From the human T2T-CHM13v2.0 reference genome, Homo sapiens, in NCBI RefSeq assembly GCF_009914755.1, contig NC_060937.1: a stretch of 64,000 bases of DNA; one strand, given 5' to 3'. The translations under genes were made by a program, and so were the position numbers. Below the pieces are notes generated by a model. It searched no databases and had not been told where the DNA came from. It worked only from the letters and a program-made list of their open reading frames with translations. This document shows, piece after piece, positions 41,690 through 54,445 of the stretch (positions within the stretch are counted from its first letter, which is position 1; each line of letters starts with the position of its first letter).

Positions 41690-42110
41690 ATTTCTCTAAT
41701 GTTTATGAGATTATTCAAGTTTTTTATATTTTCTTTACCAATTCAAGCTTTTTGTGTTTTTTCAAACAAATACATATCTTCTCTAACTCTCCAAATTTGT
41801 TGGGGCATTAATATTCATAATATTTATTATGTTTTAATCTCTTATGGCTGTAGTTATTTTCCACCTTCTTTTAACATTTTTTATCTGAAACATCTTTTTC
41901 CCTAATAATTCTTGTTAAATATTATTTAAATTACTAATATATTTTGAAGTACTATCTTCCAATTCTATTAATCTTTTTAGCTATTTATTTCATTTATATC
42001 TAATATTTTGATTATTGCATTTTTCCTGCTTGCACTTTTGCTTTTTTCAACTTTTAATTTTAATATTTTAGTTTACTGACTCAAGTTTTTTCTTTTATAT
42101 AAATATAAAT
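41690..42110 (-). mobile_element. Ancient L1M ORF2 fragment
   Basis: T-rich degenerate antisense L1 similarity. Confidence 0.45.
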
Positions 42111-42135
42111 TTATTTTTTCTTTGAGATGTAGCTG

Positions 42136-42673
42136 TGTATATTTAGTTACCTATTAATGATATTGTACCCTTTGGTTGACAAATTAACCCAAAATTTGTG
42201 GGTAAAACCACAAACATTATCCTAGAGTTTCTATGGATTAGAAATCTTGTGTAGCTTAGCTGGCTGAAAGTCTCTCATAAGATTGAAGTCACGCTGTTGG
42301 CTGGGCCCGCTGTCTCCTCTGAAGGCATTAACAGGAAGAATCTGTTGTGAAGTCTACTAACATAGTTGTTAGCAGAATTAGTACAACTAAGATAGTTATA
42401 GCAAGGTCCTCAGTTCCTTGCTACGTTTCCCTCTCTCTAGGGCAACATACGGTATGATAATTTGTCTCTGCAGACCAAGCGGTGAGAGAGAGCAAGTAAG
42501 ATAAAAGCCAGGATCTTTTTTAACTTAATATCAGAAATAATATCACTTTGCCGTATCTTATTACTAAAAAATGTGTCCCTGGCTCTAGCCCACACTCAAA
42601 GATAGGGGATTACCCATGTCATGAACACGAGGAGGTAGGGACCACTGGGAGTCTTTTTTGAAACCCTACCACA
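42136..42673 (-). mobile_element. MLT1F-like LTR
   Basis: 'agcttagctggctg...tctcataagattgaagtca...ctagcccacactcaaagataggggatta...catgaacacgaggaggtagggaccactggg...ctaccaca'. Confidence 0.85.
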
Positions 42674-45015
42674 CAATGTTTTATTAATTTTGACATATTT
42701 TCTTCAATTGACACTCCACCCTAAGTATCTTATACTTTGCCCAAGGATTATTTTTCTTTATCTCAAGAATAATTTGTTTATATTTTTATTTAAATTCTGG
42801 ATATATAGAATTTTTAAAGCTATTAAAAGTTTATTATTCCTGAATTCCTTACTGTATAAACTATGAATTCCTGACCTCACAATTTTTTATGGTTGACACT
42901 CTTCATTCCTTTGTTTCTCTTTCATTCAGCATATGTCTCCATATGGCATTTATACTGATTAAATATATTTTATACTGTTTTATCTGATAGATTTATGTGA
43001 TATTATATACCTCCTTCTTTTAAAATGATTCTAATAAATCTATACTATTGCAATAAAGTTAAATAACTCTTTATAATCTCTAACCATTGAACACTTTGAA
43101 AGAGAAACCCTTACAAAATGCTTCAATAGTTTCAAATTGCCTTGTGTAATAGGGGATGATTTAAAGTTACTGAAGCACTGTATGTCTTTTAAATATTTCA
43201 GTTTAGAATTGAATAAAAGAGTATTTGAGAATGTATTCATTACTGAGCAAATATTACATAAATAATTTCAGATGTGGTCCTGGAGCCTAAACAAAAAAGC
43301 AAAGAATAAATAAAAAATTTAATATGAATCAGAAATAAACTTCAAAATACTTTTTGCTAATATATGTGGTTATAGAATAAATGTATTCCTATTTTGAAAA
43401 TTTACCTAACATTTTCTATAATAAAGAGAATTTTCTAGTCATCCAGTATTGGAGAAAAAATACTTTTTTTTATCAGTTCTTCCAATTTTTCCTGAAAATG
43501 TGTATTGCCATATCATTAAGAATGAAAATGGGTTAGATGTGTATAACACTCTAATTTCTAATGAAAAGTTATGGCATTTACATTTAAATGCATGAAACAG
43601 TTCTTAAAAATCAAGCAATAATAAGCGTTATCTTCAGTTGTGAAGTAGCTTGGGATGGATTCAATTTGGATTGAAGACTAGACTAAACCACACAAAAGAA
43701 GTTGAATTTAGAAAATTTTCACTTCAACTGGCCAAAGTTGGCAGGCCCTACTGAAACTCTGTATCCAAAGAAAAGCACTTCAGAGATTTTTAAAATGCTT
43801 CCTACAGATTTAATTATAATAGTTTCCAAATACCAATTTTCCACTTATTCTAAGCATTACTTTGTGCAGCATTGCATACATTTTTCTAAAAGAAAAAATT
43901 CTGTGGATTTTTTAATGTAAACATGCTATGTTTTCTGTGAAAAATGGTAAATTGAGCATATCTGTTATCTTCACCCTTTCTGAAATGCTACTAAAATGAT
44001 TTGTGTGCAATTGCAATAAATACTGGGAAATCCTGTGAATCTTTTACCCAGTTTTCCCTAGTTCTAACATTTTGCAAAATTCTAGATTACAATACCACAA
44101 CCAGGATATTGACATTGATAAAATAATCATAATGTTTGCTTCCTTTACACAACGTTTCCTCCTATTGCCTTTTATAGCCACATCACTTCTCTCCTATTTC
44201 CATACCTAACAAATCTGTACTCCAATTACAAGATTTTGTCATTTCAAGAATGTTATATAAATGGAATCATACACTGTTTAACCTTTGGGACTATCTTCTA
44301 TTACTCAGCATAATTCTCTAGCAATGTATCCAGGTTGTTATCAATATTCTATTGATTTTTGTTGTTGAGTAGTATTTCATGATATGGATTGACCACAATC
44401 ACTTATTGAGGAACATCTGGGTGTTTTCTAATATAAATCTATTATGAATACAGCTGCTATAAACAATTATGTACAGGGTTTTGTAGGAACATAAATCTTT
44501 TCTTGATAATTTGTCTTTTTATGTCAATAGAAACCTTTTATTTTTTTTTTGCAGAGCAATAGATTTTAATGTTGAAATTCAATTCATCTTTTATTTTGTC
44601 CATATTATGGATGCTTTTAGTGTCAATTGTAAGATCTCTTTGCCTATACCTAAATTTTGAAAATTTTTCTCCAATGTTTTCTTCTAAAACTTTATAGATT
44701 TACATTTTATATTTAAATACATCATCTATTTGACCATTTTTATGCCAGGTAGGAAATTAGCCCAAGTTTTGTTTGTTTGTTTGTTTGTTTGTTTGTTTTT
44801 GTTTTGTCTTTCCTATGGATATCCCATTGCTCTAGCCCCATTTGTTGAAAATGCTTTCTCCCATTCAATTGTGTTTGCATGTATAGCAAAAATGAGCTGG
44901 GTGTATTTGCGTGGATCTATTTCTATTATCTGTCATATTTCAGTGATCTATATGTCTATTTCTTCATCAATATCACACAGTCTTAGTGTAACTTTATAAT
45001 AAATTTTGAAATTCA

Positions 45016-45312
45016 GGACAGTCACAGTGGCTCACGTCTGTAATCCTCGCACTTTGGGAGGCCGAGGCAGGTGGATTACTTGAGGCCAGGAATTCAAGAC
45101 CAGCCTGACCAACATGGCAAAACCCTATCTCTACTAACAATATAAAAATTAGCCAGGTGTTGTGGTGCACGCCTGCAATCCCACCTACTATGATGGCTGA
45201 GGCACAAGAATTGCTTGAACCTGGGAGACAGAAGTATCAGTGAGTCGAGGTCTTGTCACTGCACTCCAGCATGGGCAACAAAGCAATCTCAAAAAAAAAA
45301 AAAAAAAAAAAA
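45016..45312 (+). mobile_element. Alu (AluJb/Sz-like)
   Basis: Diverged dimer with 'ttacttgaggccaggaattcaagacc' and poly-A. Confidence 0.95.
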
Positions 45313-45863
45313 TTTAAATTGAAACTGATTCCTTCCACTTTATCTGCTATTTCAAAGTGGTTTTAGATTTAAAAATTCATTTTCATTTGCATATAAATTG
45401 TAGAATGATGTTCTCCATGTATACCGTAATTTTCTGAGATTTTGCTGGGAATTATGTTAAACACACATCAATTTGGAGAGAATTTAGATCTTTACTATGC
45501 TGAGTCTTTCAATCCATGAACACAGTATGCCTCTTCCATTACTTAGCTATTTTTTCCATTTCTTTTATCAGCATTATGCAGTTTTCAGCATAAAAGTCCT
45601 GTAAATGTTTGCTAAATTCACATATAAGCATTTCATTATTTTTAAGTGACTGTAAATTTTATTATATATCTAACTTTATTGTCTATGTATCCACTGAGAG
45701 TATAGAGAATGTGTGTCTTGTTTCCTGTGACCTTGATCAAGTAACAGTAACTTATGAATTCCAGAAGGTTTTTTGCTTGTTTATTTTCACCTTATATTAC
45801 TTAAGATTTTCTACATAGACAATCATGTTATCTATGGATAAAACAGTTTTATCTCTTCTTTCC

Positions 45864-45881
45864 GTGTGTGTGTGTGTGTGT
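45864..45881. repeat. (TG)n microsatellite
   Basis: Read directly from sequence. Confidence 0.9.
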
Positions 45882-47451
45882 ATATGCATATGTTTTAGGT
45901 TATTTCCATATACATATATATGCATTTTAATTTTGTTTCCTGTATTATAGCACTTATTAGAATTTCCAGCATTATTTTAAACATCAAGATGGAAATGAAG
46001 TCTAAGCCTTATTCTTGATCTTTATGGGAAAGCATTCAGTCTTTGACCATTGCTATGATATTAACTACAGTGGTTTTCATTTGTTTGCTTTGGGTTGGAT
46101 TTGGTTTTAGTAGATACTATTTATCAGATTGAAGAACTGGTTCTCTATTCCTATTTTTTATGTTTGTCATTAATGGGTCTTTAGTTAATTATGCTAAATG
46201 CTTTTTCTGCAACAATTGATATCATTATGTGCATTTCTTCTTCATTATGTTAATATGATGTGTTACTTTAATTCATTTTTGAATACTGAGCCATCTTTGT
46301 GTCTCTTAAGTAAACTTCACTTGGCTCCACTTGATTACAGTACATACTTAATTTGATATATTGCTGAATTGTATTTGCTAAAATTTTGCTAAAGACTTTT
46401 GCATCTGTCTATGCATGAGGGGTACTGTTGTGCAATTTTCTTCTATAGGAGTGTCTTTATCTGGTTTTTCTATCAGGATAATGCAAAGCCTATAAAATTC
46501 ATTGGAAAATGATTCTTATTTTTTCTGGAAGAAATTGCATACAATTTTGATTAATTTTTCTTTAAATATTTGATAACTTCGGTGAAACTATTTGGACCTA
46601 GAGATTTCTTTCTGGTCCCCAAATTCAATTTTATTAATAGTTATAGAGCTAGAAAAATTATTTATTCTGGGTGATGTATAGTAGCTTTTGTTTACATCTA
46701 AATTATCAACTGTATGTGTTTAGAATTGTTCGTGTATTCTCCTATTATCTTAGTGATATCTGTAAGGTATGTAGTGATAGTTGCTATTTCATTCTTGATA
46801 TTTTTAATTTCTGTCTTACCTCTGTTCTATCTTCTTGCTAGAGATGTGTCAATTTCATTATATTTTTCCAGATGAATTACCTCTGTAAATGATTTTCCAT
46901 ATCATTTTTTTCTGTTTTTAATTCATCTCTGTTTTATTCTTTATTATCTCCTTTCTGCTTGCTTTGGATTCATTTTATATTTTATCTAGGTTATCAAGAA
47001 AGGAGCTTAAATTATTAAATTAATGGTTTTCTTTCTTCATAATGTATGGACTTCATCCTATAATTTTTTTTCAAATCTGCTTTAGCTGTGTCACACAAAT
47101 TTCGATATGTAATATTTTAACTTTTATTCAGTTTATTTTTTTTCTAATTTCCCTCATGACATGCTGTTTGATCAGTAGACTATTTAGAGGTGTGATAGGT
47201 GGCTTTAAAATGTTTTTATATTCTACTGCTATCTTTATGTTATAGATTTCTTATTAATTCCATTTAATTCAGAAAACACAACCTATAAAATTTCCATCTT
47301 TTTTCATATAGGTTTATTTTCTGACTCGAGATATGGTCTATTGATTTATCCTCTGTGAGTTCTTGTAAAAGATTCATTTTATGTTATTGAATAAATTGTG
47401 TTGATTAAATTATATTGGTTGATGGTGTTAATTCTCCTGTGTCTATGCTTA

Positions 47452-48227
47452 TGTTACTGGTAGGTCCTTGTTCCCAGAGTTCCCAAAATGGTGGCAGGCT
47501 GCTTCCAAAATGGCAGTGGGCCACTTCCAAGATGATGGCAAGCCTCGTGTTCTCTGACCTGGGGTTCTTGGCCCCACGGATTTCAAGGAATGGAGTCTTG
47601 GGCCATGTGGTGAGTGTTATAGCTCCATTAGAAGCTGTGGGTCATGGAAGAGAACCATGGAACCCAGTGACTAGTGTTTAGCTCGATTAGGACACTTAGC
47701 CGTGCAGGAACAATGGCAAATCTTTAGCGGGATCGGGTGCAGCAATGGGCGTCTTGCTGGATCAGGAGCACAGCAGACACCCTGCTGGATCCTGAGGGAT
47801 GGAAGTCAACTGGCGGGTCTGTGACGGGGCAAACAGCAGTGGTCGACAGGGAGCGAAAGCTCAGCTCCAGCCATAACAAACACGGACCAGAAGAGAGTGC
47901 AGTTGCAAGATTTAATAGAGTAAAAACACATTTAGTAGAGTGAAAAGGGATGGGACCCAAAGAGGGTAGCCCGTTGCCAGCTCGAATGCCTGGGTTTATA
48001 TCCTGATCATTGTCCCTCCCGCTGTGCTCTCAGGCGATAGATGATTGGCTATTTCTTTACCTACTGTTTTTGTCTAATTAGCATTTTAGTGAGCTCTCTT
48101 CTCTACCTGATTGGTCAGGTGTGAGCTAAGTTGCAAGCCCTGTGTTTAAAAGTGGATGCAGTCACCTTCCCAGCTAGGCTTAGGGATTCTTAGTCGGCCT
48201 AGGAAATCTAGCTAGTCCTGTCTCTCA
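47452..48227 (-). mobile_element. LTR17 (HERV-W) complete solo LTR
   Basis: Minus strand begins TGAGAGACAGGACTAGCTAGATTTCCTAGGCCGACTAAGAATCCCTAAGCCTAGCTGGGAAGGTGAC, the HERV-W U3 start. Length 776 bp. 4-bp TSD CTTA (47448-47451 and 48228-48231). Confidence 0.95.
47911..48114 (-). promoter_or_regulatory. LTR17 U3/R promoter and poly-A motifs
   Basis: Minus-strand CCAAT at 48110-48114 and 48044-48048, GATATAAA at 47995-48002, ATTAAA at 47911-47916. Activity cannot be inferred from sequence. Confidence 0.6.
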
Positions 48228-49240
48228 CTTATGTTCTATAGAGTTGTTTTATCAACTGATGGGAGGGTTGTTGAAGTCTCCAAATATAATTGTGATATAT
48301 CTGTTTCTCCTTTCAGATTTATCAGCTTTTGCTTTTCAAAGTTTGCTCCTTTGCTTTTTCATCCATACACATTTATGATGGCCATGACTTCTTAGTGGAT
48401 TGACCATTTGACTGTTATGTAAACTCTCTGTCTCTGGTAATTTTCTTTGTTATGAAGTCTACTTATCTGAAATTAATATAGTCACCCCAGCTTTTTATTT
48501 ATATTTTTATGATACATTTTTATTCCTTTAATTTGCCTATATTTTTATAGTTAGACTAAGTTTCTTATGGACAATAATCCATTTTGATATTTCTGTCTAT
48601 TAATTGGTATGCCAGGGCTTAAGTCCAATATTTTATTTATTTATTTATTTATTTTTGCCTGCTCCTTCTATTTTTTTGTTTTGTCTCTGACTTTTCCTGC
48701 ACCTCTTTGGACTACTTGAACCTGTTTTGAAATATCACTTTAGTTAGTGAATAGTTTTGAAGTGTATATATTTGTATAGCATTTTTAGTGGTTTCTCAAG
48801 GTATTATATTTTAAATATACCACTTACCATAGTCTAGTGGAGTCATGTTTTTATCAGTTCAAGTGAAGCAGAGAAATCTCACCACAGTTGATATCCATTT
48901 GCCTTGTAAATTTATAATATAATGTTCTTAACATTTTTCTATATACTTTTGGAACACTATAATCAGACAGGGTTACAATTTTGGCTTCAAATGTCAAATA
49001 TAATTCAGAAAATTTAAGAAAGAAAGCCTTTTTTATTTAATTACATTTTTCTTACCATCTTATTTCCTCCTTTATAATATTCTAAGGTTCTTTCTGGTTT
49101 TTTGTCCCTCTGTGTAGAAAACTTCCTGTAGCGATTCTTGTAGTACAAGTCTGCAGGTGACAATACTTCTACAAAAATTGTGAGTTTCTCAATTTTCATC
49201 TCATTTTTGAATAATAATTTTCTTGGATATACAATTTTGG

Positions 49241-49585
<345 letters not shown>

Positions 49586-50249
49586 TCACTTCTTTCTGGT
49601 CTTCATATTTTCTGATAAGAAATATGCCATCATTAAAAAAATTTTCCTATAGAAAACATGTCCCTATTCTCTGGCTGCTTGAAAGATTATTACTTTGTCT
49701 TTAAGTTTATAATATGTAATTGGGATATCTTGGCAATATTATTTTCAGGATATCCTGCTTCAAGTTCTCTAAATTTATTGAAATTGTAAGTTTGTCTCAT
49801 ATAAAATTTGAGAAGTTTTCAGCCATTATTTCTTCAAATAATTTTTCATCCTCATCCACTTTATATTCTCTACCCAGGACTCCCATGGCACAAATTATGG
49901 ATTTTTCATTATCGAGTCAGAGATCCCTGGGGCAAATTTTTTCATGTCTGTTCAGATTACATAATTTGTACTGCTCCAGCTTCCAATTTGCCGATTGTTT
50001 CCTCTTTATAATCTGTACTACGTTTGAGCCCATCACCTTAGCTTCTTACTTTTATTATTGAATTTTTTAAATCTACAATTTTCATTTGAATATTCTTTAT
50101 ATTTTCTTTTTCTTGGCAGAAACTTTCTGTTTTTTTGCTAAGATTTTCTATTTTTTTCATTTGTTTTGATCATGTTTGTACACATCATTGAAACATTTTT
50201 ATCATGACTACTTTAATTTTTTTATAGTTTATAAAGTATTTCTTATCTC

Positions 50250-50445
50250 AAAATTCTCAGAAGAGAGGATTTTGAATGTTACTACCACACAAAAATAATA
50301 AGTGTATGTGGTGATGGACATACTAAATACCCTGATTTAACATTGCACCACATATACACGTATTGAAACATCACATCGCATTCCATAAATATGTACAATT
50401 ACTGTCTCATTTAAAATGCAAACAGTAAAAATAAATAAAAACAAA
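50250..50445 (+). mobile_element. L1MA 3' end
   Basis: 'aagagaggattttgaatgtt...ggtgatggacatactaaataccctgattt...ccataaatatgtacaatta' with A-rich tail. Confidence 0.85.
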
Positions 50446-50589
50446 AGGCTGTTAACTGCATCATGCAGAACAGCCATTGTTCATAATGTTGTGTTTATTT
50501 CTGTTTGTTAATTTAATATACACACTTTAACATTTAATCATATTTTTTACTGGGAGAACCCTGCCTACTCTCTTTTAGAAATGATCAAA

Positions 50590-50845
50590 TTTTTTCTGTG
50601 CCTGGCTTATTTCATTCAAAATAATCTCCTCTAGCTTCATCCATGTTGTTGCAAATGACCAGATTTCATTTTTTAATAGTTGGATGATATTTCATAGTGT
50701 ATATTTGCCACATCTTTTTAATCTATTCATCAACTGATGGATGCATAGGTTGATTCCATATCTGAGCTATTGTGAATAGTGCTCCAGTAAACATGGCAGT
50801 TCAGATATCTCTTCCATATACACATTTTATTTCTTTTGAATATTT
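50590..50845 (-). mobile_element. L1MA fragment
   Basis: 'tctgtgcctggcttatttca...catccatgttgttgcaaatgaccagatttcatt...gctattgtgaatagtgct'. Confidence 0.85.
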
Positions 50846-50849
50846 AGTA

Positions 50850-50995
50850 GCTTGTTGCTAATACACAGAAATAATAAATGCTTGAGGTGAGTTGATCATT
50901 ACGCACTGTATGCTTGTATCAAAATATCACATGTATTCCATAAATACATGCAACTATTATGTATCCCTAATAATCAAACATTAATTTTAAAAAAT
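50850..50995 (+). mobile_element. L1MA4/5-like 3' end
   Basis: 'acacagaaataataaatgcttgaggtga...tgcttgtatcaaaatatcacatgta...actattatgtatcc'. Confidence 0.8.
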
Positions 50996-51818
50996 ATATG
51001 AACAATTTTTCATATTATAAAATATTCCTCAAAATAATATTGTTATTGTTTTTATAATGTCCCTTTTGTATTCCATAACAATTAATTTACCTGATTTTGG
51101 ACATTTAGGTTATTTCTTTATTTTGTGTTTAAGTAATTCTATTATGAACATTTTTGCACATAGTGTTAATGGTCTTTGTGTATTGCTCTGATTATTTTAT
51201 TGATATAAATGTCTACTTCACTGATCAAATTTTGTCTGACATAAATTAATAAACATTTAATGACTTGTTATGAAATTTCCCTTTCTTAACTCTGTGTATC
51301 TTTGTTTTACACATTATTTATAAATGATTCTAAAAGTGACAATATTTTGATGTATCATATTCAGTTTAAAACGCCTTTTCTATCATCAGATATTTCTAGT
51401 TACAAATGCAATAAAATGTGTCATTTTAATTTGTTTTAATATAATGGAAACTAAAAATATTAATTTTAATTCCTGAGTGAATTTTGTGATGAAATAACAA
51501 TGCTTTGATAAACCAAGATTAGAATAAAATCTTAAACATAGTTGTGTAATTGCTGGCCAATTACTGCAGTTTTATTTTTTCAAGGGGAAATAAATACCCT
51601 AAAACTATCTAATTGTAAAATGTCAAAGCAAAATGAAACCAAATACAGCTTTTGTGTGATGATGAAAGCTTTAAAACTCCTTCCTCAATTGTGATAATTT
51701 GGAACAAATTAGGGAGTCTTGCAGTGAGCAATAGTCTAGTCACAGAGTTTTAAGAACACTAAATCAATTTGCAGAGAAACTTGCTGAGTAGGACTCTCCA
51801 ATTTAAGAGTGTTTGGTT

Positions 51819-52149
51819 GGCTGGGCACAGTGGCTCATGCCTGTAATCCCAGCACTTCGGGAGGCCAAGGCGGGTGGATCACCAGGTCAGGAGATCAAGA
51901 CCATCCTGGCCAGCATCGTGAAATCCCGTCTCTACTAAAAATACAAAAATTAGCTGGACATGGTGGTGCATGCCTGTAGTCTCAGCTACTCAGGAAGCTG
52001 AGGCAGGAGAATTCTTGAACCAGGGAGTCAGAGAATCGCTTGAACCGAGTTGGGGTTCAAGGGAGTTGGAGGTTGCAGTGAGCCGAGATTGCGCTACTGC
52101 TCTCTAGCCTGGCGACAGAGCAGGACTCTGTCTCGAAAAAAAAAAAAAA
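51819..52149 (+). mobile_element. Alu (AluSc-like) with an internal ~40-bp rearrangement
   Basis: Full dimer. TSD agtgttt(g/a)gtt. Confidence 0.96.
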
Positions 52150-53609
52150 GTGTTTAGTTAAAAGAAGGTCAGCCTAAAATGACTGGTTTTATCTTCCTAA
52201 TAATACTTACTAGAACAGCTATCCTTGCTCTTGTGAATATTATCATTGGAATTTTATTTTTAATGCATAAAATGTATAGATTGATATTATGGTATAATTG
52301 TAAAATTAACCATTTCTAAATTTTCTCTGTTAATATGGTACTATTTTGCATTTCTTCAGTTTATTTCCAATATACTTGTGAGATGCTTGTATTTGGAGTG
52401 CCCTTGATCCGCACTATGTTGTATTTTCAATAACAACAGGCATTTGATGGCTGTAACTCACTGGAGTTCAATAAAGGGTCAAGGAATCCAGTGACAACCA
52501 TAGCAGATGGGATTCCCACAGCAAAAGCAAGTCTAACATGAGGAGATATCTTACAAAAAATGCTGTCCTCACAGATAGCAGGAAGTTCTGTTGGTTAATA
52601 TCCCAAAAGAGACTTGCTTTAAAGACTTGGATTTCTGTAAAATTACTTTGGTAACATATATCATTGCTGACTTTTTTATTTGACCTGATGATGTTAAAAT
52701 AAGCTATTTACTGTATTGCAGGCAACCGAATATAATTTGCTAATTAAACACATTTATAAAGTTATTGTCATTTCTGTTATTAATAAACCATAAAAACAAA
52801 TAAGTAGCTACTTAAAAATAGAATAAAGCTTTAAAGTAATACAAAAGAAAGGGTATTAACAGAGAATTAAGCAAATTAATGCAAAGTAAGCATTTTTTAA
52901 ATTGTAGCTTCAAGTCTCAAATTAGCTGATGATTATTTTTTCTTAAAAGGTCAGTTCCTCATGGTATTCCATGACTCAAAAAAAAAAAAAAAAAAAAAGT
53001 TCTTAGATTCACTAGTTAAAAAGGGAGAAAAGAACTTTGCATTAGCAAAAGTAATCTCTATTTATCAAACAAAGATATTTTCCCCTTTTCCTGTGTGAAA
53101 GGAATGCTCTTTTTGTGGTCAGTGCCAGTTTTGAGTTTAGTCATTTTGAGTTATTGGTGCAGTTTTGATCAATACTGAATTCATTGTTGTTGGAAACCCA
53201 AAGGAGAATATTTTGGGAATATCAAGCCATTTATTATTGTTGTTGTTGTTATATACCACAAAAGAATAAACATTCAAACATGTTTTTAAGCATGTAGCTT
53301 TTGAACTTGGAAAATTATAGTATCCCAGTACTTTTTATTTAATGCCTTTATAAATTAATCATCTGATCTTAATTATATAAATTTCTATATACACAAGAAA
53401 TATTTATTAAAATTAAATAAAACTGATCATTCAAATTTTGATTAGTATCATATTCAGATCCTTTTGTTATACTTATGAATTTACTATTTGAAAAATATGT
53501 ATATGCTTTAACTAAATCACTGGTAACAGATAATTCAAAATATTAATAGTTAATATATTTTTGCCAAAATTTTAATACTGTCTTAGTCTAGAGGTCATGT
53601 TACCAGAAT

Positions 53610-53750
53610 TATAATCTTGAGCAAATTAATGAATTTCCCTGACACTCAGATTACTCATCTGTAAAATGTGGATAAGAGTATATGCCTCATAGAGGGTCTG
53701 AGAGAGTTCACTGAATTAATATCCATAAAACACTAAGGACTTAGTGTTTG
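53610..53750 (+). mobile_element. MIR
   Basis: 'cttgagcaaattaatgaatttccctgacactcagattactcatctgtaaaatgtggataa'. Confidence 0.8.
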
Positions 53751-54074
53751 AGATAAGAAAATATAAAATAAAGGTGTGTTATCAAAATAGTTTAAGAAAC
53801 CACTAGAAGTTTATATGTTTTAATTAACTATAAAAACAACAAAATAGTTGTTCAGTTTGATATAGTGAAATCATAGGAAAGTATTTCTAAAATTTTAAAA
53901 GCGTATTTGTTATTTTCTGTAATTATTCTTACAGTCACATAAAATTTCATTGAATGAGATTGTAACAAAATATGCTATGCTGTAAATGATGTTGTTTTCT
54001 TCAGTGGTTCCTGAACATTAAACCCTGGTAAAAACAGAATTGTTCTTTGATCTTACTTGATAGACTAAGATATC

Positions 54075-54240
54075 AAAATTTTAAAAGTGAAAAGGACCAC
54101 AAAGGCCATATAATCAAGCTATTTTTTTCTTACATCTAAAGAAATTGCAGTCACAAAGATGTAAAGTGACTTGTTGGAAAGTGTAATATAATAAATTTTT
54201 AATAGAAATATTATTCCATACTATAACCTAGGTCTTCTTA
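54075..54240 (-). mobile_element. MIR3/MIRc-like fragment
   Basis: 'aaaggaccacaaaggccatataatcaa...ttacatctaaagaaattgcag...aaagtgacttg'. Confidence 0.45.
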
Positions 54241-54279
54241 ATTCATGTCTAATAATCTGTTCATACAAATAAAAATTCC

Positions 54280-54445
54280 CTGATATTCCTTGTACACTCT
54301 AGTTAAACACCAGAATTAACTGTGGAACTTAAAAAAATGCATTATTGACTGTGTCTCAGATAAGACCAACTGAATTCAAATCTCTGGGTACTGTACCTTG
54401 GTATCTGTAAAATGTAAAGATATGGAGAAAGTTGTGTTGAGACCC
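54280..54445. mobile_element. MER5-like hAT-Charlie MITE relic
   Basis: 'cagaattaactgtggaacttaaaaaaatgc...agaccaactgaattcaaatctctggg...ggtatctgta'. Confidence 0.55.
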
